From positions 96,596,001 to 96,660,000 of the forward strand of contig NC_043004.1 in NCBI RefSeq assembly GCF_006345805.1: a stretch of 64,000 nt of DNA. Reading direction: 5' to 3'. The notes below the pieces were generated by a model. It searched no databases and was not told the origin of the DNA. It saw only the letters and a list, made by a program, of their open reading frames with translations. This document shows, one piece after another, positions 41,330-53,740 of the stretch (positions within the stretch are counted from its first letter, which is position 1; every line of letters begins with the position of its first letter). This DNA is from Octopus sinensis (taxonomy: Eukaryota). Made by a program: the position numbers and the translations under genes.

Positions 41330-43737
41330 CTTCCTCCCCTTCCACCCCTTCACATCTCAAATCCCCCACTCTGGAATATTCAAAATTCCTTCGTCCCCTT
41401 CCTCCACTTCAACCCTCAAATGCCCCTCTCTGGAATGATTAACATTCCTTCCTCCCCTTCCTCCCCTTCCTCCCCTTAACCTCTCAAATCCCCCTCTCTG
41501 GAATGTTTAACATTCCAGAGATGGGGATTTGAGAGGAGAAAGAAGGGGAAGGGGAGGAAGGAATGTAAAACATTCCAGTGAGGGGAATTTGAGAGGTGAA
41601 GGGGAGGAATGGGAGGAAGGAATCTCAACCATTCAAGAGAGGGGGATTTGAGAAGTGAAGGGGAGGAAGGGGAGGAAGGAATGTTAAACATTCAAGAGAG
41701 GGGGGTTTGAAGGGTGAAGGGGAGGGAGGGGAGGAAAGAATGTTAAACATTCCAGAGAAAGAGATTTGAGGGGTGAAGGAGAGGAAGAGGAGGAAGGAAT
41801 GTTAAACATTCCAGAGAGGGGGAAGGGGAGGAAGGGGAGGGAGGAACGTCAAACATTCCAGAAAGGGGGATTTGAGAGGTGAAGGAGAGGAAGTGGAGGA
41901 AGGAATATCAAAGATTCCAGAGAGGGAGATTTGATGGGTGAAGGGGAAGAAGGGGAGGAAGGAATGTTAAACATTCCAGAGAGGGGGAAGGGTAGTAAAG
42001 AGAGGAAGGAATGTTGAGCATTCCAGAGAGGGGGATTTGAGAGGTGAAGGGGAGGAAGAGGAGGAAGGAATCTTAAACATTCCAGAGCAGGGGATTTGAG
42101 AGGTGAAGTGGAGGAATGGGGGGAAGGAATGTTAAACAATCCAGAGAGGGGAATTTGAGAAGTGAAGGGGAGGAAGAAATGTTAAACATTCCAGAGAGGG
42201 GGATTTGAGAGGTGAAGTGGAGGAATGGGGGGAAGGAATGTTAAACAATTCCGAGAGGGGAATTTGAGAAGTGAAGGGGAGGAAGAGGGGGAAGGAATGT
42301 TAAACATTCCAGAGAGGGGGATTTGAGAGGTGAAGGGGAGGAAGGAATGTTAAACATTCCAAAGAGGGAGATTTGAAGGGTGAAGGAGAGGAAGAGGAGG
42401 GAGGAATGTTAAACATTCACCCCTCAAATCCCCCTCTCAGGCATGTTCAACATTTCTTCCTCCCCTTCTACACCTTCAGCCCTTAAATCCCCCTCTCTGG
42501 AATGTTTAACATTCCTTCCTCCCCTTAACCTCTCAAATCTCCCTCTCTGGAATGTTTAACATTCCTTCCTCCCCTTCCTCCCCTTCCTCCCCTTCCTCCC
42601 CTTCCTCCCCTTCCTCCCCTTCCTCCCCTTCACCTCTCAAATCCCCCTCTTTGGAATGTTTAACATTCATTCCTCCCCTTCCTCCCCTTCACCACTCAAA
42701 TCCCCCTCTCTGGAATGTTTAACATTCCTTCCTCCCCTTCCACCCCTTTTTTCCTTTCACCTCTCAAATCCCCCTCTCTGGAATGTTTAATATTCCTTCC
42801 TCCCCTTCACCCCACAAATGCCCCTCGCTGGAATGTTTAACATTCCTTCCACCTCTTCCTCCCCTTCACCTCTCAAATCCCCCTCTCTGGAATGTTTAAC
42901 ATTCCTTCCTCCCCTTCCTCCCCTTCACCTCTCAAATCCCCCTCTTTGGTATGTTTAACATTCCTTCCGCCCCTTCCTCCGCTTCATCATTCAAAACCCC
43001 TCTCTGGAATGTTTAACATTCCTTCCTCCCCTTCTCCCCTTCACCTCTCAAATAACCCTCTTTGGAATGTTTAACATCCTTCCTCCCCTTCCTCCCCTTC
43101 ACCTCTCAAATCCCACTCTCTGGAATGTTTAACATTCCTTCCTCCCCTTCCTCCCCATCATCTCTCAAATCCCCCTCTCTGGAATGTTCAACATTCCTTC
43201 TTCCCCTTCCTCCCCTTCACATCTCAAATCCCCCTCTCTGTAATGTTTAACATTCCTTCCTCCCCTTCCTCCCTGTCACCTCTCAAATACCCCTCTTTGG
43301 AATGTTTCACATTCCTTCCTCCCCTTCTTCCCCTTCACCTCTCAAATCCCCCTCTCTGGAATGTTTAACATTCCTTCCTCCCCTTCCTCCCCTTCACCTC
43401 TCAAGTCCCCCTCTCTGGAATGTTCAACATTCCTTCCTCCCCTTCTTCCCCTTCACCTCTCAAATCCCCCTCTCTGGAATGTTTAACATTCCTTCCTCCC
43501 CTTCCTCCCCTTCATCTCTCAAATCCCCCTCTCTGGAATGTTTAACATTACTCCTACCCCTTCCTCCCCTTTTCCTCTCAAATCCCCTCACTGGAATGTT
43601 TAACAATCCTTCCTCCCCTTCCTCCCCTTCACCTCTCAATTCCCCCTCTCTGGAATGCTTAACATTCCTTCCTGCCCTTCCTCTCCATCACCTCTCAAAT
43701 CCCCCTCTCTGGATTGTTTAACATTCTTTCCTCCCCT
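41330..43737. repeat. 59 bp satellite, left block, with inverted segment ~41510-42410
   Basis: Monomer GGAATGTTTAACATTCCTTCCTCCCCTTCCTCCCCTTCACCTCTCAAATCCCCCTCTCT; roughly 40 units. Confidence 0.97.
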
Positions 43738-44078
43738 AAATAAATAAATAAATAAATAGTATCTATAAATAGAATCTATAAATAGAATCTATAAATAGAA
43801 TTTATAAATAGAATCTATAAATAGAATCTATAAATAGAATCTATAAATAGTATCTATAAATAGATTCTATAAATAGAATCTATAAATAGAATCTATAAAT
43901 AAATAAATAAATAAATAAATGAACAAATAGAATCTACAAATAGAATCTATAAATAGAATTGATAAATAGAATCTATAAATAAATAAATAAATAAATATAT
44001 AAATAGAATCTATAAAGAGGATCTATAAATAGAATCTTTAAATAGAATCTATAAATAGAATCTTATAAATAGAATCTA

Positions 44079-44109
<31 letters not shown>

Positions 44110-44301
44110 ATAGTTTCTATAAATAGAATCTATACATAGAATCTATAAATAGAATCTATAAATAGAATCTATAAATAGAATCTATTAATAGAATCTATAA
44201 ATAGTATCTATAAATAGAATCTATAAATAGAATCTCTAAATAGAATCTATAAATAGTATCTATAAATAGAATCTATAAATAGAATCTATAAATAGAATCT
44301 A

Positions 44302-44332
<31 letters not shown>

Positions 44333-44984
44333 ATAGAATCTTTAAATATAATCTATAAATAGAATCTATAAATAGAATCTATAAGTAGAATCTATAAAAA
44401 GAATCTATAAATAAATAAATAAATAAATAGTATCTATAAATAGATTCTATTTATAGATTCTATTTATAGATTCTATTTATGATTCTATTTATAGATTCTA
44501 TTTATAGATTCTATTTATAGATTCTATTTATAGATATTATTTATTTATTTATTTATTATTTATTTATTAGAATCTATAAATAGAACCTATAAATAGAATC
44601 TTTAAATAGAATCTATAAATAGAATCTGTAAATAGAATCTATAAATAGAATCTATAGATAGAATCTATAAATAGTATCTATAAATAGAATCTATAAACAG
44701 AATCTATAAATACAATCTATAAATTAATATATAAATAAATATATAAATAAATTGAATCTATAATTAGAATCTATAAATAGAATCTATAAATAGAAACTAT
44801 AAATAGAATCTATAAACAGAATCTATAAATAAACAAATAAATAAATAAATAGTATCTATAAATAGATTCTATTTATAGATTCTATTTATAGATTCTATTT
44901 ATAGATACTATTTATTTATTTATAGATTCTATTTATAGATTCTATTTATAGATTCTATTTACAGATTCTATTTATAGATTCTAT

Positions 44985-45019
<35 letters not shown>

Positions 45020-45891
45020 TAGATTCTATAAATTTGAACCAGTTTGAACCGGTTTGAACTGGTTTGACCCGGTTTGAACCGGTTTGAACTGGTTTGATCC
45101 AGTTTGAACCGGTTTGAACCAGTTTGAAGATAAAGGGGTATTTGAAGGTAAAGGGGAGGAAATAAATAAATAAATAAGTAAATAAATAAATAGAATCTAT
45201 AAATAGAATCTATAAAAAGAATCTATAAATAAATAAATAAATAAATAAATAGTATCTATAAATAGATTCTATTTATAGATTCTATTTATAGATTCTATTT
45301 ATTGATTCTATTTATAGATTCTATTTATAGATTCTATTTATAGATACTATTTATTTATTTTTTATTTATTTATTTATTTATTTATAGATTCTATAAATTT
45401 GAACCAGTTTGAACCGGTTTGAACTGGTTTGACCCGGTTTGAACCGGTTTGAACTGGTTTGATCCAGTTTGAACCGGTTTGAACCAGTTTGAAGATAAAG
45501 GGGTATTTGAAGGTAAAGGGGAGGAAATAAATAAATAAATAAGTAAATAAATAAATAGAATCTATAAATAGAATCTATAAAAAGAATCTATAAATAAATA
45601 AATAAATAAATAAATAGTATCTATAAATAGATTCTATTTATAGATTCTATTTATAGATTCTATTTATTGATTCTATTTATAATTCTATTTATAGATTCTA
45701 TTTATAGATACTATTTATTTATTTATTTATTTATTTATTTATTAGAATCTATAAATAGAATCTGTAAATAGAATCTATAAATAGAATCTATGAATAGAAT
45801 CTATAAATAGTATCTATAAATAGAATCTATCAATAGAATCTATAAATAGAATCTTTTAATAGTATTTATAGATTCTATTTATAGATACTAT

Positions 45892-45922
<31 letters not shown>

Positions 45923-46088
45923 TAGATTCTATTTATAGCTTCTATTTATAGCTTCTATTTATAGCTTCTATTTATAGCCTTTATTTATAGCTTCTATTTA
46001 TAGCTTCTATTTATAGCTACTATTTATAGATTCTATTTATAGACTCTATTTATAGATTCTATTTATAGATTCTATTCATAGATTCTAT

Positions 46089-46119
<31 letters not shown>

Positions 46120-47096
46120 TAGATTCTATAAATTTGAACCAGTTTGAACCGGTTTGAACTGGCTTGACCCGGTTTGAACTGATTTGATCCGGTTTGAACC
46201 GGTTTGAACCAGTTTGAAGGTAAAGGGGGATTTGAAGGTAAAGGGGAGGAATGGGAACAAGGATTATTTAACATTCCAGAGAGGGGTATTTGAAGGTAAA
46301 GTGGAGGAAATAAATAAATAAATAAAGAAATAAATAGAATCTACGAATAGAAGCTATAAATAGAAGCAATAAATAGAAGCTATAAATAGAAGCTATAAAT
46401 AGAATCTATAAATAGAATCTATAAATAAATAAATAAATAAATAAATAGAATCTATAAATAGAAGCTATATATAGAAGCTGTAACAAGAAGCTATAAATAG
46501 AATCTATAAATAGAAGCTATAAATAGAAGCTATGAATAGAATCTATAAATAGAATCTATAAATAGAATCTATAAATAGAATCTATAAATAGAATCTATAA
46601 ATAGAATCTATAAATAAATAAATAAATAAAGAGAAGCTATAAGTAGAAGCTATAAATAGAAGCTATAAAAAGAAGCTATAAATAGAAGCTATAAATAGAA
46701 GCTATAAATAAATAAATAAATAAATAGAATCTATAAATAGAATCTATAAATATAATCTATAAATAGAATCTATAAATAGAATCTATAAAAAAATAAATAA
46801 ATAAATAAATAAATAAATAAAGAGAATCTATAAATAGAATCTATAAATAGAATCTATAAAGTAAAAAATAAATAAATAAATAAATAGTATCTATAAATAG
46901 AATCTATGAATAGAATCTATAAATAGAATCTATAAATAGAATCTATAAGTAGAATCTATTAATAGAATCTATAAATAGAATCTATAAATAGAATCTATAA
47001 ATAGAATCTATAAATAAATAAATAAATAAATAAATAGAATCTATAAATAGAATCTATAAATAGAATCTATAAATAGAATCTTATAAATAGAATCTA

Positions 47097-47127
<31 letters not shown>

Positions 47128-47720
47128 ATAGTATCTATAAATAGAATCTATGAATAGAATCTATAAATAGAATCTATAAATAGAATCTATAAATAGCATC
47201 TATAAATAGATTCTATAAATACAATCTATAAATAGAATCTATAAAAAAATAAATAATAAATAAATAGTATCTATAAATAGAATCTATGAATAGAATCTAT
47301 AAATAGAATCTATAAATAGAATCTATAAGTAGAATCTATTAATAGAATCTATAAATAGAATCTATAAATAGAATCTATAAATAGAATCTATAAATAAATA
47401 AATAAATAAATAAATAGAATCTATAAATAGAATCTATAAATAGAATCTATAAATAGAATCTTATAAATAGAATCTATAATAAATAAATAAATAAATAAAT
47501 AAATAAATAGTATCTATAAATAGAATCTATGAATAGAATCTATAAATAGAATCTATAAATAGAATCTATAAATAGCATCTATAAATAGATTCTATAAATA
47601 CAATCTATAAATAGAATCTATAAAAAAATAAATAAATAAATAAATAAATAAATAAATGAACAAATAGAATCTACAAATAGAATCTATAAAAAGAATCTAT
47701 AACTAAATAAATAAATAAAT
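43738..47720. repeat. 13 bp satellite (ATAAATAGAATCT)n interleaved with (AAAT)n, mixed orientation, with three GGTTTGAACC 10-mer islands
   Basis: Direct reading; 10-mer islands start at 45031, 45396, 46131. Confidence 0.97.
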
Positions 47721-48586
47721 AAATAATTTGCATATATATATATACATAATTTGCATATATATATATACATAATTTGCATATATATATACATAATTTGCAT
47801 ATATATACACAAAATTTGCATATAAATATACATAATTTGCATATATATATACATAATTTGCATATATATATACATAAATTGCATATATATATATACATAA
47901 TTTGCATATATATACATAATTTGCATATATATATATACATAATTTGCATTTATATATACATAATTTGCATATATATATACATAATTTGCATATATCTATA
48001 CATAATTTTCATATATATATACATAATTTGCATACATATATACATAATTTGCATATATATATACATAATTTGCATATATACATAATTTGCATACATATAT
48101 ACATAATTTGCATATATATATACATAATTTGCATATATATATATACATAATTTGCCTATATATATACATAATTTGCATATATCTATACATATTTTCATAT
48201 ATATATACATAATTTGCATACATATATACATAATTTGCATATATATATATACATAATTTGCATATATACATAATTTGCATACATATATACATAATTTGCA
48301 TATATATATACATAATTTGCATATATATATACATAATTTGCCTATATATATACATAATTTGCATATATCTATACATAATTTTCATATATATATACATAAT
48401 TTGCATATATATATACTTAATTTGCATATATATATACATAATTTGCATATATATATACATAATTTGCATATATATATATAATAATTTGCATATATATATA
48501 TACATAATTTGGATATATATATATATACATAATTTGCATATATATATACATAATTTGCATATATATATACATAATTTGCATATATA
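47721..48586. repeat. ~22 bp minisatellite CATAATTTGCAT(AT)n
   Basis: Roughly 38 units, most containing ATTTGCAT. Confidence 0.97.
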
Positions 48587-49915
48587 TTCAACATTCCTTC
48601 CTCCCCTTCTTCCCCATCACCTCTCAAATCCCCCTCTCTGGAATGTTTAACATTCCTTCCTCCCCTTCCTCCCCTTCTCCTCTCAAATCCCCCTCTTTGG
48701 AATGTTTAACATTCCTTCCTCCCCTTCCTCCCCTTCACCTCTCAAATCCCCCTTTCTGGAATGTTTAACATTCCTTCCTCCCCTTCCTCCCATTCACCTC
48801 TCAAATCTCCCTGTCTGGAATGTTCAACATTCCTTCCTCCCTTCTTCCCCATCACCTCTCAAATCTCCCTCTTTGGAATGTTTAATATTCCTTCCTCACC
48901 TTCCTCCCCTTCACCTCTCAAATCCCTCTCTCTGGAATGTTTAACATTCCTTCCTCCCCTTCCTCACCTTCACCTCTCAAATCCCCCTCTCTGGTATGTT
49001 TAACATTCCTTCCTCCCCTTCTTCCCCATCACCTCTCAAATCTCCCTCTTTGGAATGTTTAACATTCCTTCCTCCCCTTCCTCCCCTTCACCTCTCAAAT
49101 ACCCCTCTCTGGAATGTTTAACATTCCTTCCTCCCCTTCCTCCCCTTCACCTCTCAAATCCCCCTCGTTGGAATGTTTAACATTCCTTCCTCCCCTTCCT
49201 CCCCTTCACCTCTCAAATCCCCCTTGTTGGAATGTTTAACATTCCTTCCTTCCCTTCCTCCCCTTCACCTCTCAAATCCCCCTCTCTGGAATGTTTAACA
49301 TTCCTTCCTCCCCTTCCTCCCCTTCACCTCTCAAATCCCCCTCTTTGGAATGTTTAACATTTCTTCCTCCCCTTCCTCCCCTTCACCTCTCAAATCCCCC
49401 TCTCTGGAATGTTTTAATTCCTTCCTCCCCTTCCTCCCCTTCACCTCTCAAATCCCCCTCTCTGGAATGTTTAACATTCCTTCCTCCCCTTCCTCCCCTT
49501 CCTCCCCTTCACCTCTCAAATCCCCCTCTTTGGAATGTTTAACATTCGTTCCTCCCCTTCCTCCCCTTCACCCCTCATATCCCCCTTTCTTGGACGTTCA
49601 ACATTCCTTCCTCCGCTTCCTCCCCTTCCCTTCTCATATCCCCCTCTCTGACATGTTCAACATTCCTTCCTCCCCTTCACCCCTCAAATCCCTGTCTCTG
49701 GAACGTTCAACATTCCTTCCTCCCCTTCCCTTCTCATATCCCCCTCTCTGACATGTTCAACATTCTTTCCTCCCCTTCACCCCTCAAATCCCCCTCTCTG
49801 GAACGTTCAACATTCCTTCCTCCCTTTCTCTTCTCATATCCCCCTCTTTGGAATGTTCAACATTCCATCCTCTGCTTCCTCCTCTTCCTTTCTCAAATCC
49901 CCCTCTCTGTAATGT
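48587..49915. repeat. 59 bp satellite, right block, degenerating at the distal edge
   Basis: Same monomer as 41330-43737; roughly 23 units. Confidence 0.97.
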
Positions 49916-49924
49916 CTATCATTC

Positions 49925-50075
49925 TTGTTTATGTTCTTGTCACCTAGCAGTTCAGCATAAGTGACCGATAGAATAAGTACTAAGCTTACAAAGTATAAGT
50001 CCTGGGGTGTATATGCTCGACTAAAGGCATGCTCCATCATGGCCACAATGAAATGATTGAAACATGTAAACAAAA
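49925..50075 (+). mobile_element. SINE family A 3' half
   Basis: CCGATAGAATAAGTACTAAGCTTACAAAG..GTCCTGGGG..GACTAAAGGC. Confidence 0.75.
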
Positions 50076-50674
50076 ATGGTAAAGGACAGGTGAATGCAAT
50101 TGTCTAGATACTCTGTTTTTGCCTAGCCAGATTCTGATTACAAATACCATTATCTCTTGTTCTCACCTTGGTAATAAAATAAACACCCACAATAGAGATG
50201 GTAATGCAATCAAATCTGTATGTTCTTGAAAAAAATTTGGGAAACGTCTGTCAGGAATCGTCTAGCAGAATTTGTTGAGGACAAGACAAAATTTGTACCA
50301 AACGTTATCTGGCATATGCAGTAGAGAGTAAGATGAAAACCTTGCAGTATAACGATGCATCTATTTATGTTATTATTTCCAATTCCTTAACATCTTATTT
50401 TGAATTTTATTCTTCTGACAGCGATAAAAATTAGTACTGTTTAAGGCTGCATTTTTCCCCAAAGTGAGTGGCTTTTATCAATATTAGGAATCTTTGTTGC
50501 TGGCAGAATTGTAAGCACAACAGATAAAAAGCTTAGTGGAATTTCATCCAGCTTGACTTTTAAGTTCAAATTCCACTAAAGTCGAGCACTGCGGTCATGT
50601 AATAGATGAGACACCTCTCCCAAAATTTCAGCCATTGTCTCTATCATAGAAAAAATAATAATGATGATGATATC

Positions 50675-51870
50675 ATTCAGAGGAAAGCAAAAGCTGGGTA
50701 TGTATTCAAGAGCTGCCAACAAAATGTCAACCACTTGTTATTCATGGATGACCTCAAACTTTATGGTAAAGATGAATCCCAAGTCACTTCCCTCTTTGAT
50801 AGGGTGTATACCTTCAGTGCTGATATCAGAATGGAGTTAAGACTGAGAAAGTGTGGTGTGTTAGTCTTGAAGAGAATCAAAATTAAATGTATGGATGGGT
50901 TATGAAGCAAATAGAAGTTGCTGACTCGATATGGGATAGTCCACACAAAAAGTGAGACAGACTGTATGTACCAAGAAAAATAGGGAGAAGAGGATTGATT
51001 AGATGCGAACACAGCATTAGAGCAGAAAAAAAAACATAACATGATATGTAAGAGATACCACAGAACCACTTTTATTGGAAGTAAGATCAGGCTGGTGTAG
51101 GGTGGATTTTTGCAAAGATAAAGCACTGTACAAGCACTTGAGAATGAATGAAACTGAAAATAGGTGGATAAAGAAAAGAATGCTTGGACAATTTCATAGA
51201 GATTTTAAAGACAAGACAGACAGAGAAAAAAGTGACTATGGATGACTAAAAGTGATTTAAAACTGAAAATGGAGGCTCTAATCTGTGCTGCCCAAGAGCA
51301 AGCATTAAGAACCAATTACACCGAATACAGAATAGACATCACAGCAGAAAGTGATAAGTGCAGATTTTGTGGACAAAATGGTAAAACTATATGGCGTACT
51401 ACCAGTCAATGTACACCACTAGCTCAGAAAGAATATAAGAGATGTCATTACAACATAGCAAGGATTGTCCATAGGACAATTTGCGACAAGTAGGGACTTG
51501 ACAGAGCAAAAAAGAGATATGAATATAAACGCAAAGTTATCATTGAGAATGATAATGCAAAGATTCTACAAGATTTTATGATTCAGTGCAACTATGAGAT
51601 AGAGAATAGGAAACCAGACATAGTGTTAATTGAGAAAGAAAACAAACGATGCTGGATCATAGCTATAGCATGCCCTGCTGACAACAAGGTATGTGATAAG
51701 GAAGAAAGAAAAGAGATGACAGGTAAGCTTGGGAGCTTAAGCAGTTGTGGTCGCTGTAAAAGGTGGTAGTAGTAGAGCCCTAGGAACAATGAGTAAAAGT
51801 CTTGAGAAGTACATGGAACAAATAGGGGCTGCAATAATGGTGGAGCAGTTACAGAAAACAGTAGTTTGTG
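50675..51870 (+). mobile_element. R4/Dong-like non-LTR retrotransposon remnant (RT end, CCHC, restriction-like endonuclease), decayed
   Basis: VNHLLFMDDLKLY; ICAAQEQALRT..KCRFCGQ..CTPLAQKEYKRCH; NRKPDIVLIEKENKRCWII..ACP. Confidence 0.85.
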
Positions 51871-52160
51871 AGTGCTGGCACCCCAAAAAAATGTGTCCAT
51901 GCTGGTGCTGCCTAAAAGTACCAGTGCCAGTACAATGTAAAAGCACCCATGCTGGAGGCCTGTAAAAACGCCCATGTCAATTCCATGTAAAAGCACCCAG
52001 TAAACTCTGTGGAGTAATTGGCATTAGGAAGGGCATCCAGCTGTAGAAACCATACCAAAACGGACAAATGGAGCCCAGGTAGCCCTTCTGCTGACCAGCT
52101 CCTGTCACACTGTTCAACCCATTCCAGCATGGAGAATGAACGTTAAATGATGATGATGAT
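51870..52160 (+). mobile_element. RTE-tail repeat (family B)
   Basis: GGCATTAGGAAGGGCATCCAGCTGTAGAAACC..CGTTAAATGATGATG. Confidence 0.85.
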
Positions 52161-53437
52161 GTATATAATTCCATATATTTAGTGGGTTCGTAGCTTGGAG
52201 CGAGATGTTTTCTATGAAGTTCACTTGCCTCCATAGAGAGAATAAATGAACTCAATGTTTTGAAATGTGCTTCAAAATGGCAGAATAGGAAGCATTGTAC
52301 ATGCAGGGTTCAAATTTCACTAGAGTTCACTTCAATGCTTCTATCATTAATAAAGTAACTACAAGTATTGTGCTAAAGATTTTAATTTGCTGCACCATTT
52401 TTTAAAAGATTTGCAGCCTAATTCCAATGCAATAAATCATTAATGTGAGGACAGGTGTATTTAATTTGTTGGACAATTTATTGTTTACGTTGGTACTGTG
52501 CCATTTGTGAATTCAAATCAGGTAAACAATCAAGGATGCCTTTCATTTCCATGGAATGCAGAAACAAAACTATACCATATAGATACTGGAGTTGATTCTC
52601 TAAACCACAAACGCACACTTCTGTACAAAACTGGTAATGTGCCAATCATATCATAACCATTATAATTATCATTTTAAAATTTTCCTTACACCACTCTCCA
52701 GCATGACATCTGTTCTCATCCTCCCTTAAGGCATTTGTAGAAGACTGCCATATGGAAAGTAGCTTCAAATTACTCAATGTAGAGGCTCTTAGTTCTAAAT
52801 CACTTTAAGCCGATTTGTTTTTGAGTTGAAAATAAATAAATATATAAAGTTAAATAAGTAAATTAAAATAAATTAATGAGCAAGGAAACAGTGAAAGCAA
52901 ATATAATAATTAAAAGAAACTTAAGAAACATAATCAGTAGCTATTTTGGCAAAGATGGGAAAAGAAAATTGCTAAAAAGAAAGATTAAGGAAAGTTTAAA
53001 TAAACAAACAACTAAATCGCTAATGGTGATGATGACAGTGATGATAATGATGATGATATTTATTTTTGTAACTTTTCTTATTTGTTTATTTAAAAAAATT
53101 TTATTTGGTTGGCAGTATTAAAAGTAACTTTTTTAGAAATATTTATCTAAATTATTTAGGTATAGAATAGGAGTAAATTATGAGTGTGATGTATTTTCAT
53201 ATTTTCAATTCTTAGACATATTTCACACACATGCACACATATACATATATACATGCACACCTACCTACCTACATACATACATACATACATACATATAAAT
53301 ATATATCTATATGCATATATGCAAACACATGTACAAATATATATAATATAACATATAACTAATGTAGGATAAAATTTTTTTCTTGAAAAAAATTTTATCA
53401 ATGGTCAGTATATCAAAAAATACCTTTAAAGCTTAAA

Positions 53438-53620
53438 TTTATAAATAATTTACAAAATAAGGGCAAAAGAAAAATTCTAATGCCAAATATGCCCAAAAAA
53501 AGACAAAATTGTCAATAACCATTATAATGGTTATTATAATGGTTATTGACAATTTTGTCTTTTTTCGGCATATTTGGCATTAGAATTTTTCTTTTGCCCT
53601 TATTTTGTAAATTATTTATA
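53438..53620. repeat. Near-perfect ~180 bp palindrome
   Basis: TTATAAATAATTTACAAAATAAGGGCAAAAGAAAAATTCTAATGCCAAATATGCC..GACAAAATTGTCAATAACC mirrored almost exactly. Confidence 0.95.
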
Positions 53621-53740
53621 ATATAACATATATATATATATATATATATATACATACATATACATATATATATGCAAACATGTACAAATACATATAATAT
53701 ATCATATATATATAATATATTATATATTATATATAGATAC

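Noticed and set aside
41330-49915. CRISPR-like array (palindromic repeat at regular spacing) and Pro/Ser-rich ORFs
   Set aside because: The sequence between palindromes is repeated rather than unique, there are no cas genes and the context is eukaryotic; ORFs are satellite read-through.
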